IMG/VR virus record: IMGVR_UViG_3300027808_000093
Coordinates: 1-33,256 of that record
DNA length: 33,256 nt
Source: a virus
Taxonomy: Duplodnaviria > Caudoviricetes
Strand: one strand, 5' to 3'
A program made the position numbers and the translations under genes. The notes beneath the pieces were generated by a model. That model made no database searches, was not told the origin of the DNA, and was given only the letters and a program-made list of their open reading frames with translations. Positions 26,427 through 33,121 of the stretch are shown here, piece by piece; position 1 is the stretch's first letter, and each line of letters opens with the position of its first letter.

Positions 26427-26526
26427 AGTCTCCCGTAAGTTCAAGAGCGCGGAGGACGACAAATTCGCTAAATTCCCACCCTTCGCGGGTTCGGTCAAGG
26501 ATTCGGTTTGCTTGTTCATAATTCAT
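26371..26526 (-). CDS. Small hypothetical protein (51 aa, not in the ORF track)
   Basis: MNYEQANRILDRTREGWEFSEFVVLRALELTGD...; ATGA overlap with the upstream stop. Confidence 0.6.
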   Translation of the reverse strand: MNYEQANRILDRTREGWEFSEFVVLRALELTGDYEPERSERMDCSLQEKDS

Positions 26527-26915
26527 TCGTACCCCATTTGTTTTTTAAGTGCTGCCAGTTTTGCAAGTGCTTCATGCTTTGCTTTAGCGGTTGCAATTTG
26601 CTCATGAAGTGATGGCTGGCGCTCAATACGCTGCATTGGCTTTACAGGAATGTCCGGCCCTGCATTGCAAAAGTCTCTAAACTTAATTGCGCTTGGTGGA
26701 AAGTCTGGTGAGCATCTTTTGATCGCGTAATCAATGGATGGTTTGTAAGTCAAAAACCTGCCAACTTGGTCAGCCCAGACTTTGCGAACAATTCCCAAAT
26801 CCATGCCTTCAAAATGTCTGCTAAGTCCTGCGCCGTAGATCGCTCCAAGCACAGCAAACGTGTAATCCAAGCCGTCTTCAATAGAACAAAAATCAGATTC
26901 CGAGTAATTTGACAT
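26523..26915 (-). CDS. Replication protein P-like helicase loader
   Basis: Follows the initiator; GGAGG RBS; YG....F...W......FPPS..KF..FC motif. Confidence 0.6.
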   Translation of the reverse strand: MSNYSESDFCSIEDGLDYTFAVLGAIYGAGLSRHFEGMDLGIVRKVWADQVGRFLTYKPSIDYAIKRCSPDFPPSAIKFRDFCNAGPDIPVKPMQRIERQPSLHEQIATAKAKHEALAKLAALKKQMGYE

Positions 26916-27576
26916 TTGAGCCACCTCCAATAAGACCACGGGTTAACCCAGACTGCACAGTTTGATTTGTTTGGCCTGTTTTGCTAAGTTCTGTGCGAAT
27001 GTTTTGTTTCTGACCACGAATCCAATTGCGCCAAGTTGCTGACCAATCGAGCTTTGTTCCCTTTGGAGCAGCTACCCAATAATCTTTAAAGTTCTCAAAC
27101 ACCTTGTGCGCTTGGAGGTCTGGTCTTTCTGTTTGGCAAAAAGAAACCCAATCATCAGGAATTTCAAAATCGGTTGGCAAGCGGGAACCGCGTTGCGTTT
27201 TCTTCCTCTCCTTTGTCTCTGTCTCTTTCTCTCTCTCTGTCTCTCCCTCTCTCTCTGGGATAGCAACTTGACAGCACTCTGCTAGCACTCCACTAGCAAT
27301 AGTAAAAAAACCTTTATCAATCAAAGGCTTAAGTCCATCTTCATATTCTCTAGGTGTGATGTGAAGCCGAAACACAAGCTCATCTAATGAGCCATCAAAT
27401 TGACCGTCTTTTGCTTCACTTGCTAGCAACCAAAGCAACGGAGCTAGCGCCTTGCTAGCAATAGGCAGGCGCATAAAAACACGGTCATTGAGTAGGTCGC
27501 GGTGAAGTTTTATCCACGGTGGGCAACGGTCTTTGTAATGTTGAAAGACGGCCCAATTCTTTGGCTGTAAAAGCAT
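26893..27576 (-). CDS. Replication initiator (lambda O-like)
   Basis: NW..FQHYK...PPWIKLH wHTH N-terminus; E/K/R linker; RLP.DF, F.DYW, DW.ATWRNW C-terminus. Confidence 0.8.
   Translation of the reverse strand: MLLQPKNWAVFQHYKDRCPPWIKLHRDLLNDRVFMRLPIASKALAPLLWLLASEAKDGQFDGSLDELVFRLHITPREYEDGLKPLIDKGFFTIASGVLAECCQVAIPEREGETEREKETETKERKKTQRGSRLPTDFEIPDDWVSFCQTERPDLQAHKVFENFKDYWVAAPKGTKLDWSATWRNWIRGQKQNIRTELSKTGQTNQTVQSGLTRGLIGGGSNVKLLGI
27201..27302. other. Putative replication origin inside the initiator gene
   Basis: Four 11-bp phased repeats (27259-27302) next to a ~55-nt pyrimidine/purine-asymmetric tract. Confidence 0.65.
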
Positions 27577-27606
27577 AAATTTTCCAATCACTGTCCATCA
27601 CTAAAA

Positions 27607-27672
27607 GAAACTTCGGCAGGCGGGATGGCTCGCTTTTCGGATGGGTGATCAAGCCCACCCTAGCCGGGTTTC
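27607..27672 (-). ncRNA. Three-way-junction structured RNA in the initiator leader (C4/CI-antisense-like)
   Basis: P1 GAAAC-C-CGGC/GCCG-AA-GUUUC; P2 GGGUGGG/CCCAUCC; GAAAA linker; P3 GCG/CGC. Confidence 0.65.
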
Positions 27673-27677
27673 AGAAT

Positions 27678-27706
27678 ACTATATCACCATCAAGCGCGAC
27701 TGTAAA
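27678..27706 (-). promoter_or_regulatory. Sigma70 promoter for the RNA/initiator transcript
   Basis: TTTACA-17-TATAGT with extended TG; predicted start at the base of P1. Confidence 0.75.
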
Positions 27707-28082
27707 CAATCACGCGAGACTCTTTTTTGTTTAAGAACTGGCTGTTGCTGTAAGCGACTTCACGAGCTGAAAAGTGCGCCTGGGTTTCCCAGTTGCGCCA
27801 GTCAAAAGCGTTTACAGCCTTGACCTTTTCACCGCCTTTAACCAAGCCCCAAATCTTTTCCAATCCTTTGCCGTCTTTGTTAAGCCGTGTACCGACTTCT
27901 TCAATCAAGCCTTTTCTGACCAGATCAGGACGCATATGCTTGGTCTTTTCAACATCGCATTTCAGGTGATCTGCAATCTCTTTACTGCTCATGTTACTTT
28001 TGGCGAGCGCCGCAAGAATTTGTTGTCGCATAGTGATGGGTTGTTTTTCAGCCATTTCAGTCTTAGTGTTGTTTAATTTCAT
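27690..28082 (-). CDS. Winged-helix DNA-binding protein
   Basis: ILAAL...MSSKEIADHL...DLVRKGLIEEVG...W.L. Confidence 0.7.
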   Translation of the reverse strand: MKLNNTKTEMAEKQPITMRQQILAALAKSNMSSKEIADHLKCDVEKTKHMRPDLVRKGLIEEVGTRLNKDGKGLEKIWGLVKGGEKVKAVNAFDWRNWETQAHFSAREVAYSNSQFLNKKESRVIVYSRA

Positions 28083-28246
28083 CAGTCAATTACCTTAAAC
28101 CATTCAGGGCGCATCAGCTTTAGCTGCCAAATTCTTGCCTGGGGTATCGTTTTCCAAAGCCAAACAGCGCCTCTACTGATGCCCAATAACTTGGCTAACT
28201 TTGCTTGCGAACCCGCCAATTCAATTGCTTGTTGTTTATTTAACAT
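28082..28246 (-). CDS. cro: Cro-like HTH regulator (54 aa)
   Basis: Start re-set to MLNKQQAIELAGSQAKLAKLLGISRGAVWLW...IP..R. Confidence 0.85.
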   Translation of the reverse strand: MLNKQQAIELAGSQAKLAKLLGISRGAVWLWKTIPQARIWQLKLMRPEWFKVID

Positions 28247-28252
28247 TCGCAA

Positions 28253-28282
28253 AGTATAGCCTGTTAGACAGAAAAACAACAA
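28253..28282 (-). promoter_or_regulatory. cro promoter with operator (copy 2), leaderless
   Basis: TTGTTG-18-TATACT, 6 nt, ATG; operator GTCTAACAGGCTATAC at 28254-28269. Confidence 0.65.
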
Positions 28283-28305
28283 GTAACCACTTTTTTTGTG
28301 CGGTC

Positions 28306-28335
28306 TTGACAATTTGGTCTAGATGGCTATACAAT
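28306..28335 (+). promoter_or_regulatory. Strong early promoter with operator (copy 1)
   Basis: TTGACA-18-TACAAT; operator GTCTAGATGGCTATAC at 28317-28332. Confidence 0.85.
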
Positions 28336-28379
28336 CAAGCCATGCCCCGAACTTCTTGGGGTCTTTTTAGAAAGTATGT

Positions 28380-28460
28380 ATGAAAGATCAAATCTTAGAT
28401 TGCCTTGCAGCAATTGCCATTGGCACAGTGTTCGCCATCTTGTTGGCTTGGAGGGGTTAA
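28380..28460 (+). CDS. 26-aa single-TM peptide (not in the ORF track)
   Basis: MKDQILDCLAAIAIGTVFAILLAWRG; first gene of the rightward operon. Confidence 0.6.
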   Translation: MKDQILDCLAAIAIGTVFAILLAWRG

Positions 28461-28462
28461 GC

Positions 28463-28648
28463 ATGAAACTCCAAATCCATGATGTTGTAAGCATCACAAT
28501 TGGCGAGATTGAAGAATTTAGCCGCGAAAATGGCAAAGCATCGCACGTTGACTTCAAAGTACGCGATGTTTTTATCACTGACAAAAACGGCGTAGTCTTT
28601 ACGATTGAATTGTTTTTGCATGAAACTGACTTGGTGTTGACAGCATGA
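28463..28648 (+). CDS. Small hypothetical protein (61 aa)
   Basis: Start re-set to MKLQIHD, GGAGG RBS. Confidence 0.7.
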   Translation: MKLQIHDVVSITIGEIEEFSRENGKASHVDFKVRDVFITDKNGVVFTIELFLHETDLVLTA

Positions 28649-28800
28649 ACACAACAATTCTTAAACGCGCCCGTGAACTTTGGTGCATCCAAGACGTTCC
28701 ACGATCTATCCAGCGCCACAACACTCGCGCCTGGGTTCGTTCAATTAAATTGCTTGGCGACAAAGCATTGCTCGCTACTAAAGTAGAAAGAAAATCATGA
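28645..28800 (+). CDS. Small basic hypothetical protein (51 aa, not in the ORF track)
   Basis: MNTTILKRARELW...HNTRAWVRSIKLLGDK; ATGA overlaps at both ends. Confidence 0.7.
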   Translation: MNTTILKRARELWCIQDVPRSIQRHNTRAWVRSIKLLGDKALLATKVERKS

Positions 28801-29399
28801 AAGTTTATAAAGCAATTAACGCTATTCAATTGGCGTTGTCTAAAACTGGCATTTCTAAAGACCGTACAAATCACCAAGGTAGCGGGTACAAATTTCGAGG
28901 AATTGATGACGTATATAACGCAATCAGCCCTTTGCTTGCCGAACATGGGCTTTGCATTTTGCCAAGAATGTTAAACCGTGAATGCACAGACCGCATTAGC
29001 GCCAAAGGTGGAAATCTGTTCTATGTGACAGTAGAAGCCGAGTTTGATTTTGTAAGCGCAGAGGATGGCTCTAAACACACTGTGAAGACATTTGGTGAAG
29101 CAATGGATAGTGGCGACAAGGCAACCAACAAAGCTATGTCTGCGGCTTACAAATACGCTGCGTTTCAAGCGTTTGCGATTCCAACAGAGGGTGACAATGA
29201 TTCAGAAACAGATCAAGTAATTCCGCTTGACCCAATTGATTTAAATATGATGCTTGATTTGATCGCATCTATTGAAGCAACAACAACAGAAGATGAGTTG
29301 AAAAAAGCATACATAAAAGCATATTCCTATGCGTCAGGAATTCCTGAATGGCAAAAGAAAATCATTGCTATTAAAGACAAAATGAAAGGCAAACTGTAA
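28797..29399 (+). CDS. erf: ERF-family ssDNA annealing protein
   Basis: I.K...N...GYKFRGIDDV, GEAMDSGDKATNKAMSAAYKYA..Q.F.IP. Confidence 0.9.
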   Translation: MKVYKAINAIQLALSKTGISKDRTNHQGSGYKFRGIDDVYNAISPLLAEHGLCILPRMLNRECTDRISAKGGNLFYVTVEAEFDFVSAEDGSKHTVKTFGEAMDSGDKATNKAMSAAYKYAAFQAFAIPTEGDNDSETDQVIPLDPIDLNMMLDLIASIEATTTEDELKKAYIKAYSYASGIPEWQKKIIAIKDKMKGKL

Positions 29400-30022
29400 T
29401 GGAACAAAAAACGTCTGAATGGTTTGCAGCCAGGAATGGAAAGGTTACGGCTTCACGTGTAGCTGATGTTGTAGCCAAGACAAAATCAGGTTACAGCACC
29501 AGCCGCGACAACTACATGGCGCAACTGGTTTGTGAGCGTATGACAGGGACGCAAGCAGAGAGTTTTAACAGCTCTGCAATGCAATGGGGTACGGACACAG
29601 AACCATTTGCTAGGGCAGCTTATGAAACCGCAATGGATGTGCTGGTTAGCGAGACAGGCTTTATTATTCACCCAACAATCGCAGAGGCTGGTGCATCTCC
29701 AGATGGTTTGGTTGGCGATGATGGCTTAATCGAAATCAAGTGCCCAAACACAGCGACTCACATTGAAACATTGTTGTCTGAGCGCGTACCAGCAAAGTAC
29801 ATTACGCAAATGATGTGGCAAATGACTTGCACAGGTCGCAAGTGGTGCGACTTTGTGAGCTTTGACCCAAGAATGCCAGAGGGTTTGCAAATCTTTATCA
29901 AGCGAGTTGAGTTCCACGACTCAATCGTCAAAGGTTTGGAATCTGAAGTAAAAGAGTTTTTGACCGAGTTAGAAACAAAAATTGTTAAATTAAACGAAAG
30001 AAAAAATGGCAAAGTTGCTTAA
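29399..30022 (+). CDS. YqaJ/lambda-type exonuclease
   Basis: EQ...EW...R.G.VTAS, MQWG...EP.AR, GASPDG, IEIKCP, Y..Q..WQM. Confidence 0.92.
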   Translation: MEQKTSEWFAARNGKVTASRVADVVAKTKSGYSTSRDNYMAQLVCERMTGTQAESFNSSAMQWGTDTEPFARAAYETAMDVLVSETGFIIHPTIAEAGASPDGLVGDDGLIEIKCPNTATHIETLLSERVPAKYITQMMWQMTCTGRKWCDFVSFDPRMPEGLQIFIKRVEFHDSIVKGLESEVKEFLTELETKIVKLNERKNGKVA

Positions 30023-30242
30023 AGAAATATCTGTAATTAGTGGTAAATACACTAACGCTCAAGGGCAAGAGAAAAATAGATACACCCGTATTGGTTCAAT
30101 TATTGAAACTAAAAATGGTGAAATGTTAAAAATTGATGTGATTCCAATTGTTGATGGTGGTTGGTCTGGTTGGGCGTATTCAAATGATCCGCGACCAAAA
30201 GATGATGGCTTCCCCAAAAATGATGGTGATATAAACTTTTGA
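30006..30242 (+). CDS. Small ssDNA-binding protein (putative)
   Basis: Follows recombinase/exonuclease; beta-rich; acidic C-terminus DGDINF resembling SSB DIPF. Confidence 0.6.
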   Translation: MAKLLKEISVISGKYTNAQGQEKNRYTRIGSIIETKNGEMLKIDVIPIVDGGWSGWAYSNDPRPKDDGFPKNDGDINF

Positions 30243-30247
30243 TTAAC

Positions 30248-30365
30248 GAGGGGAAAGCTATTGTTGTAAGAACTGAATTTGTAATGGGTATTGAGCCAAA
30301 GAACCTTTCAGTAGAGCGCTCAACTAAGTTGCACGTAGCAGCCAACAAACATAACAAGTACCCTC
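30248..30365 (+). ncRNA. Candidate structured RNA with loop-E motif and pseudoknot core
   Basis: GAGGG/CCCUC closing GAA/AGUA; UUGUUG/CAACAA; crossing helices ACUGAA/UUCAGU and UUGAGC/GCUCAA. Confidence 0.55.
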
Positions 30366-30382
30366 ACCTTTTAAGACAAATT

Positions 30383-30709
30383 ATGAAACTTTTAGATTTT
30401 TTTGGCGGCAATCCATTACGTTTATTCCCGCGAGTACGTAAGGATGACCCAATAACCAGTTATGAAGCATCAGACAAAGTTAATTTTGCTGGTGAGCATT
30501 ACGACATCATTTTGGGTTGCCTAACAAAGTACGGGCCACTTGGAAAAGATGGCATTGCATCTAGGACTAACTTGGATAGCAGTCAAGTAGCTAGACGATT
30601 GCCGGAAATGGCTAAGTTAGATTTTATTGAACCAACAGGTCAGACTGTTAAATCAAATGCCGGACGTTCTGAACGCGAATGGCGACTTAAAGGAAAACAC
30701 CATGCCTAA
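30383..30709 (+). CDS. Winged-helix DNA-binding protein
   Basis: Probable start MKLLDF; R..DP.TS..A, ILGCL...GPL...I...QVARRL.E....I..TG...S.AGR..REW. Confidence 0.7.
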   Translation: MKLLDFFGGNPLRLFPRVRKDDPITSYEASDKVNFAGEHYDIILGCLTKYGPLGKDGIASRTNLDSSQVARRLPEMAKLDFIEPTGQTVKSNAGRSEREWRLKGKHHA

Positions 30710-30869
30710 AACAATTAGCTTGCAAGTAGAACTCGTCAATGCAATTTTGCAATATCTTGGTCAACGACCATTTCAAGAAGTCATTCAATTGATTAATGGC
30801 ATTCAGTCTGAGGCTGGCCCACAAGTCAAAGAAATGGCTGAAGTAATGGACGTGACAGGTGTTCAATAA
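30702..30869 (+). CDS. Small helical hypothetical protein (55 aa)
   Basis: Start MPKTISL, AAGGA RBS; LVNAILQYLG.RPF.EV..LI. Confidence 0.7.
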   Translation: MPKTISLQVELVNAILQYLGQRPFQEVIQLINGIQSEAGPQVKEMAEVMDVTGVQ

Positions 30870-31171
30870 TGAGTTATCTAGATCTTGAAATGAAGATCGT
30901 GCAATGGGGTGAAGCTCGCGGGATCGTGAAACATTCCACTCCATTGGCACAATGGGATAAAACCCTTGAAGAAGTCATTGAGCTGCGTGATGCCATCATC
31001 ATGGATGATCGTGAAGCAATGATTGACGCCTACGGGGATATTCTTGTGACGCTTATCCTTGGATGTGCCACAACAGATCTTGACTTGGTTTCTTGCTTAA
31101 ATCACGCATACAGCCAAATCAAAGATCGCAAAGGCTATCTGACACCTGAAGGCATCTTTGTAAAGCAATGA
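30869..31171 (+). CDS. MazG-like NTP pyrophosphohydrolase
   Basis: W...RG, Q..K..EEV.EL, DAYGD..V.L, AY..IKDRKG. Confidence 0.85.
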   Translation: MSYLDLEMKIVQWGEARGIVKHSTPLAQWDKTLEEVIELRDAIIMDDREAMIDAYGDILVTLILGCATTDLDLVSCLNHAYSQIKDRKGYLTPEGIFVKQ

Positions 31172-31428
31172 TTAACAAGACTTTAGAAGAACGAGGCAAC
31201 AGATACGGCGAGTTCAAAGAATGCGCCAGAATCTCTCAGACCCTAAAGTCGTATGTTGCTGTTGAGTTGCGTAATCAAGGAAAAACCTTGAGCAATACTC
31301 AGCGTGAAGCAATGGAGATGATTCTCCACAAAATCGCCAGGATTGTTAATGGTGACCCAAACTATGACGATTCTTGGCGGGACATTGCAGGTTATGCAAC
31401 CTTGGTTGTAAAAGACTTAGGCGGTTAG
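31168..31428 (+). CDS. DUF6378-like protein
   Basis: L.ERG.RYG.F, KIARI.NGDP.Y.DSW.DIAGYA. Confidence 0.8.
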   Translation: MINKTLEERGNRYGEFKECARISQTLKSYVAVELRNQGKTLSNTQREAMEMILHKIARIVNGDPNYDDSWRDIAGYATLVVKDLGG

Positions 31429-32016
31429 GATTGCAAAGGCCATACGGGTATGCTCAATTCGATCTTCAAGGCCAATAAAGCCTCCGTTGATTCGCTTAGT
31501 AATTGCTCGATGGTCTTTGTTGTCTGCCAGGGTATTAAGCCCATGAGTTGACCAAAAGAAACCAGCAGTCAGCGCGGCATACTTAGGGTTAGCAACTAAA
31601 TCAGGCTCCATTACAAAGTCAACTCCGATTGCTTGACCTGCATGGAAATAGTTGGCATGGCCTGTTGTTTGGATACAACCACGACCGCGAAAACGATAGC
31701 CGTCACCAGATGCCTCATCACGGTTACCCATTCGATTAGCGTAAACCATGTTTGCAATCTTTTTAGGATTGCCTGCGTACTGGTTAGCAATCTCAAGAGT
31801 CGGAAAACGCTTTGCCCACAACTTCATTAAGGTAGCGGCTTTATAGTTTAAGTTTTCTTCCAGAACGCGAAAGTTTCCGCATTCATGGCCGCATTGACCA
31901 ATGAACGCTGCTTGACGGTTAGGGTTGGAAATATCAAAACGAGCAAAAGTCTCATTTAATGGATCAACCCATTTAGGGTCAATCTTCATTTTAGTTAGTT
32001 GGTCAATGCTTACCAT
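31417..32016 (-). CDS. Endolysin, glycoside hydrolase family 19
   Basis: AAFIGQCGHE, EENLNY, GDGYRFRGRG.IQ.TG, ITKRINGG..GLEDR. Confidence 0.92.
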   Translation of the reverse strand: MVSIDQLTKMKIDPKWVDPLNETFARFDISNPNRQAAFIGQCGHECGNFRVLEENLNYKAATLMKLWAKRFPTLEIANQYAGNPKKIANMVYANRMGNRDEASGDGYRFRGRGCIQTTGHANYFHAGQAIGVDFVMEPDLVANPKYAALTAGFFWSTHGLNTLADNKDHRAITKRINGGFIGLEDRIEHTRMAFAILTA

Positions 32017-32473
32017 TTAATTCGCTCCTTACGGTTTCGTAGGCTGTGATGCAGGCATTAAGACTGTTGATTGCTTTGTCTCCATCTGCTGCGATTTGAG
32101 CAATAAGGATGAGAGTCTGTCTGTCAGATTCGCTTGCATCCGTTGTATCTGCGGGGGCAATGGTGGTACTTGTGGCGGCTTGAACACAACTGGAGGAGGG
32201 GATGCGCACCCTGCCAGCACGAATAGCGCGGTCAAGATCAGTAGATTTCTTGTCAAGAACATTGTTAGCTTCCAAAAGTTTAGATGATGTGTCGTTTATT
32301 TGCTGGTTAAGCGCCTGCTCTTTAGCCCTAGATTCTTCGTTCTTTTTGGCTATCTCAACTTGCATTTCCATGTCACGCTGCGCCCATCCTTTGTGATGAC
32401 CAAAAAAATAAATGGAAATAGCCGATACAAGGGCCGCAATGATTAGGTAGGCCTTGGATATGCCAAACATCAT
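32003..32473 (-). CDS. i-spanin (Rz-like)
   Basis: N-terminal TM, periplasmic coiled coil, C-terminal L.AC; nests an out-of-frame lipoprotein gene. Confidence 0.8.
   Translation of the reverse strand: MMFGISKAYLIIAALVSAISIYFFGHHKGWAQRDMEMQVEIAKKNEESRAKEQALNQQINDTSSKLLEANNVLDKKSTDLDRAIRAGRVRIPSSSCVQAATSTTIAPADTTDASESDRQTLILIAQIAADGDKAINSLNACITAYETVRSELNGKH
32029..32262 (-). CDS. o-spanin (Rz1-like lipoprotein), embedded
   Basis: Signal peptide with lipobox LAGC, then Pro-rich SPPPVVFKPPQVPPLPP; fully inside Rz. Confidence 0.8.
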   Translation of the reverse strand: MFLTRNLLILTALFVLAGCASPPPVVFKPPQVPPLPPQIQRMQANLTDRLSSLLLKSQQMETKQSTVLMPASQPTKP

Positions 32474-32943
32474 TCAGCCTCTTTACGGGCCAATGCAAGG
32501 GCTTCACGCTCATGATCTTGCTCTTGCAGATTAGCTGGCGTTGTTGGTGGCGGTGGAGGCGTCCAAGATTCATCTAAAGATGGATTTTGAAAGTTCATCC
32601 AGTTTAAATTTTGCGCTGATTGTTGTGTAGGTTGTTGAACTGGTGATGCAGGAATAAGTTGTGTTACGGGTGGAGGTGAAACTGCATTGACAACAGCGCC
32701 AACACCTTTCTTGCCAATCACGCCACCAATGCCGCCAACAATTAGCAACACAATGTCGTTCAGCATTTTTGTGTAAGCCATGTCAATTGGAGCCATTGAC
32801 TTGATGGGTTGTGTAACAAACGTCACCGAGTACAGCAGTGCAACAACAATGAAGCACAGAATACAGGTTACAGCTATTACAACAAACCCCCAAACACGAA
32901 CTTCTATATCTTCAGCGGTTAGCTTCTGCTGGCTTTTGTTCAA
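32470..32943 (-). CDS. Two-TM membrane protein with Pro-rich tail (holin candidate)
   Basis: TMs VWGFVVIAVTCILCFIVVALLY and IVLLIVGGIGGVIG; start uncertain (TTG). Confidence 0.65.
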   Translation of the reverse strand: MNKSQQKLTAEDIEVRVWGFVVIAVTCILCFIVVALLYSVTFVTQPIKSMAPIDMAYTKMLNDIVLLIVGGIGGVIGKKGVGAVVNAVSPPPVTQLIPASPVQQPTQQSAQNLNWMNFQNPSLDESWTPPPPPTTPANLQEQDHEREALALARKEAE

Positions 32944-33121
32944 TTTGCTTCTCCAAGATAGGGGCTACTAGATATTCAGGGCATTGCTGCGTAAATAAAC
33001 ATTTAGGCTTTTGGCATTCAGCATCAGTAAAGTGGTCAGGGTCTTGGCAAATGTACCTGTAACGGTCATCAAAACAACCAACCATTAACAAGCCACACAA
33101 AATAATAAAAGCTGTTTTCAT
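32912..33121 (-). CDS. Small Cys-rich lipoprotein
   Basis: Lipobox LMVGC; DRYRY.CQDP....EC.KP.C...QQCP. Confidence 0.75.
   Translation of the reverse strand: MKTAFIILCGLLMVGCFDDRYRYICQDPDHFTDAECQKPKCLFTQQCPEYLVAPILEKQIEQKPAEANR

Noticed and set aside
27201-27256. (CT)n microsatellite as a phase-variation tract
   Set aside because: Imperfect, in frame, encodes the E/R/K/T linker of the initiator, and is better explained as part of the origin
30261-30348. Assignment as twister, hammerhead, canonical HDV ribozyme or preQ1 riboswitch
   Set aside because: The core consensus nucleotides of these classes are not matched by eye; kept only as an unclassified candidate
30230-30382. Programmed frameshift fusing SSB to the wHTH ORF via the open 30239 frame
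   Set aside because: No X-XXY-YYZ slippery heptamer at the SSB stop; the open frame may be chance, and the RNA-structure explanation fits better (not fully excluded)
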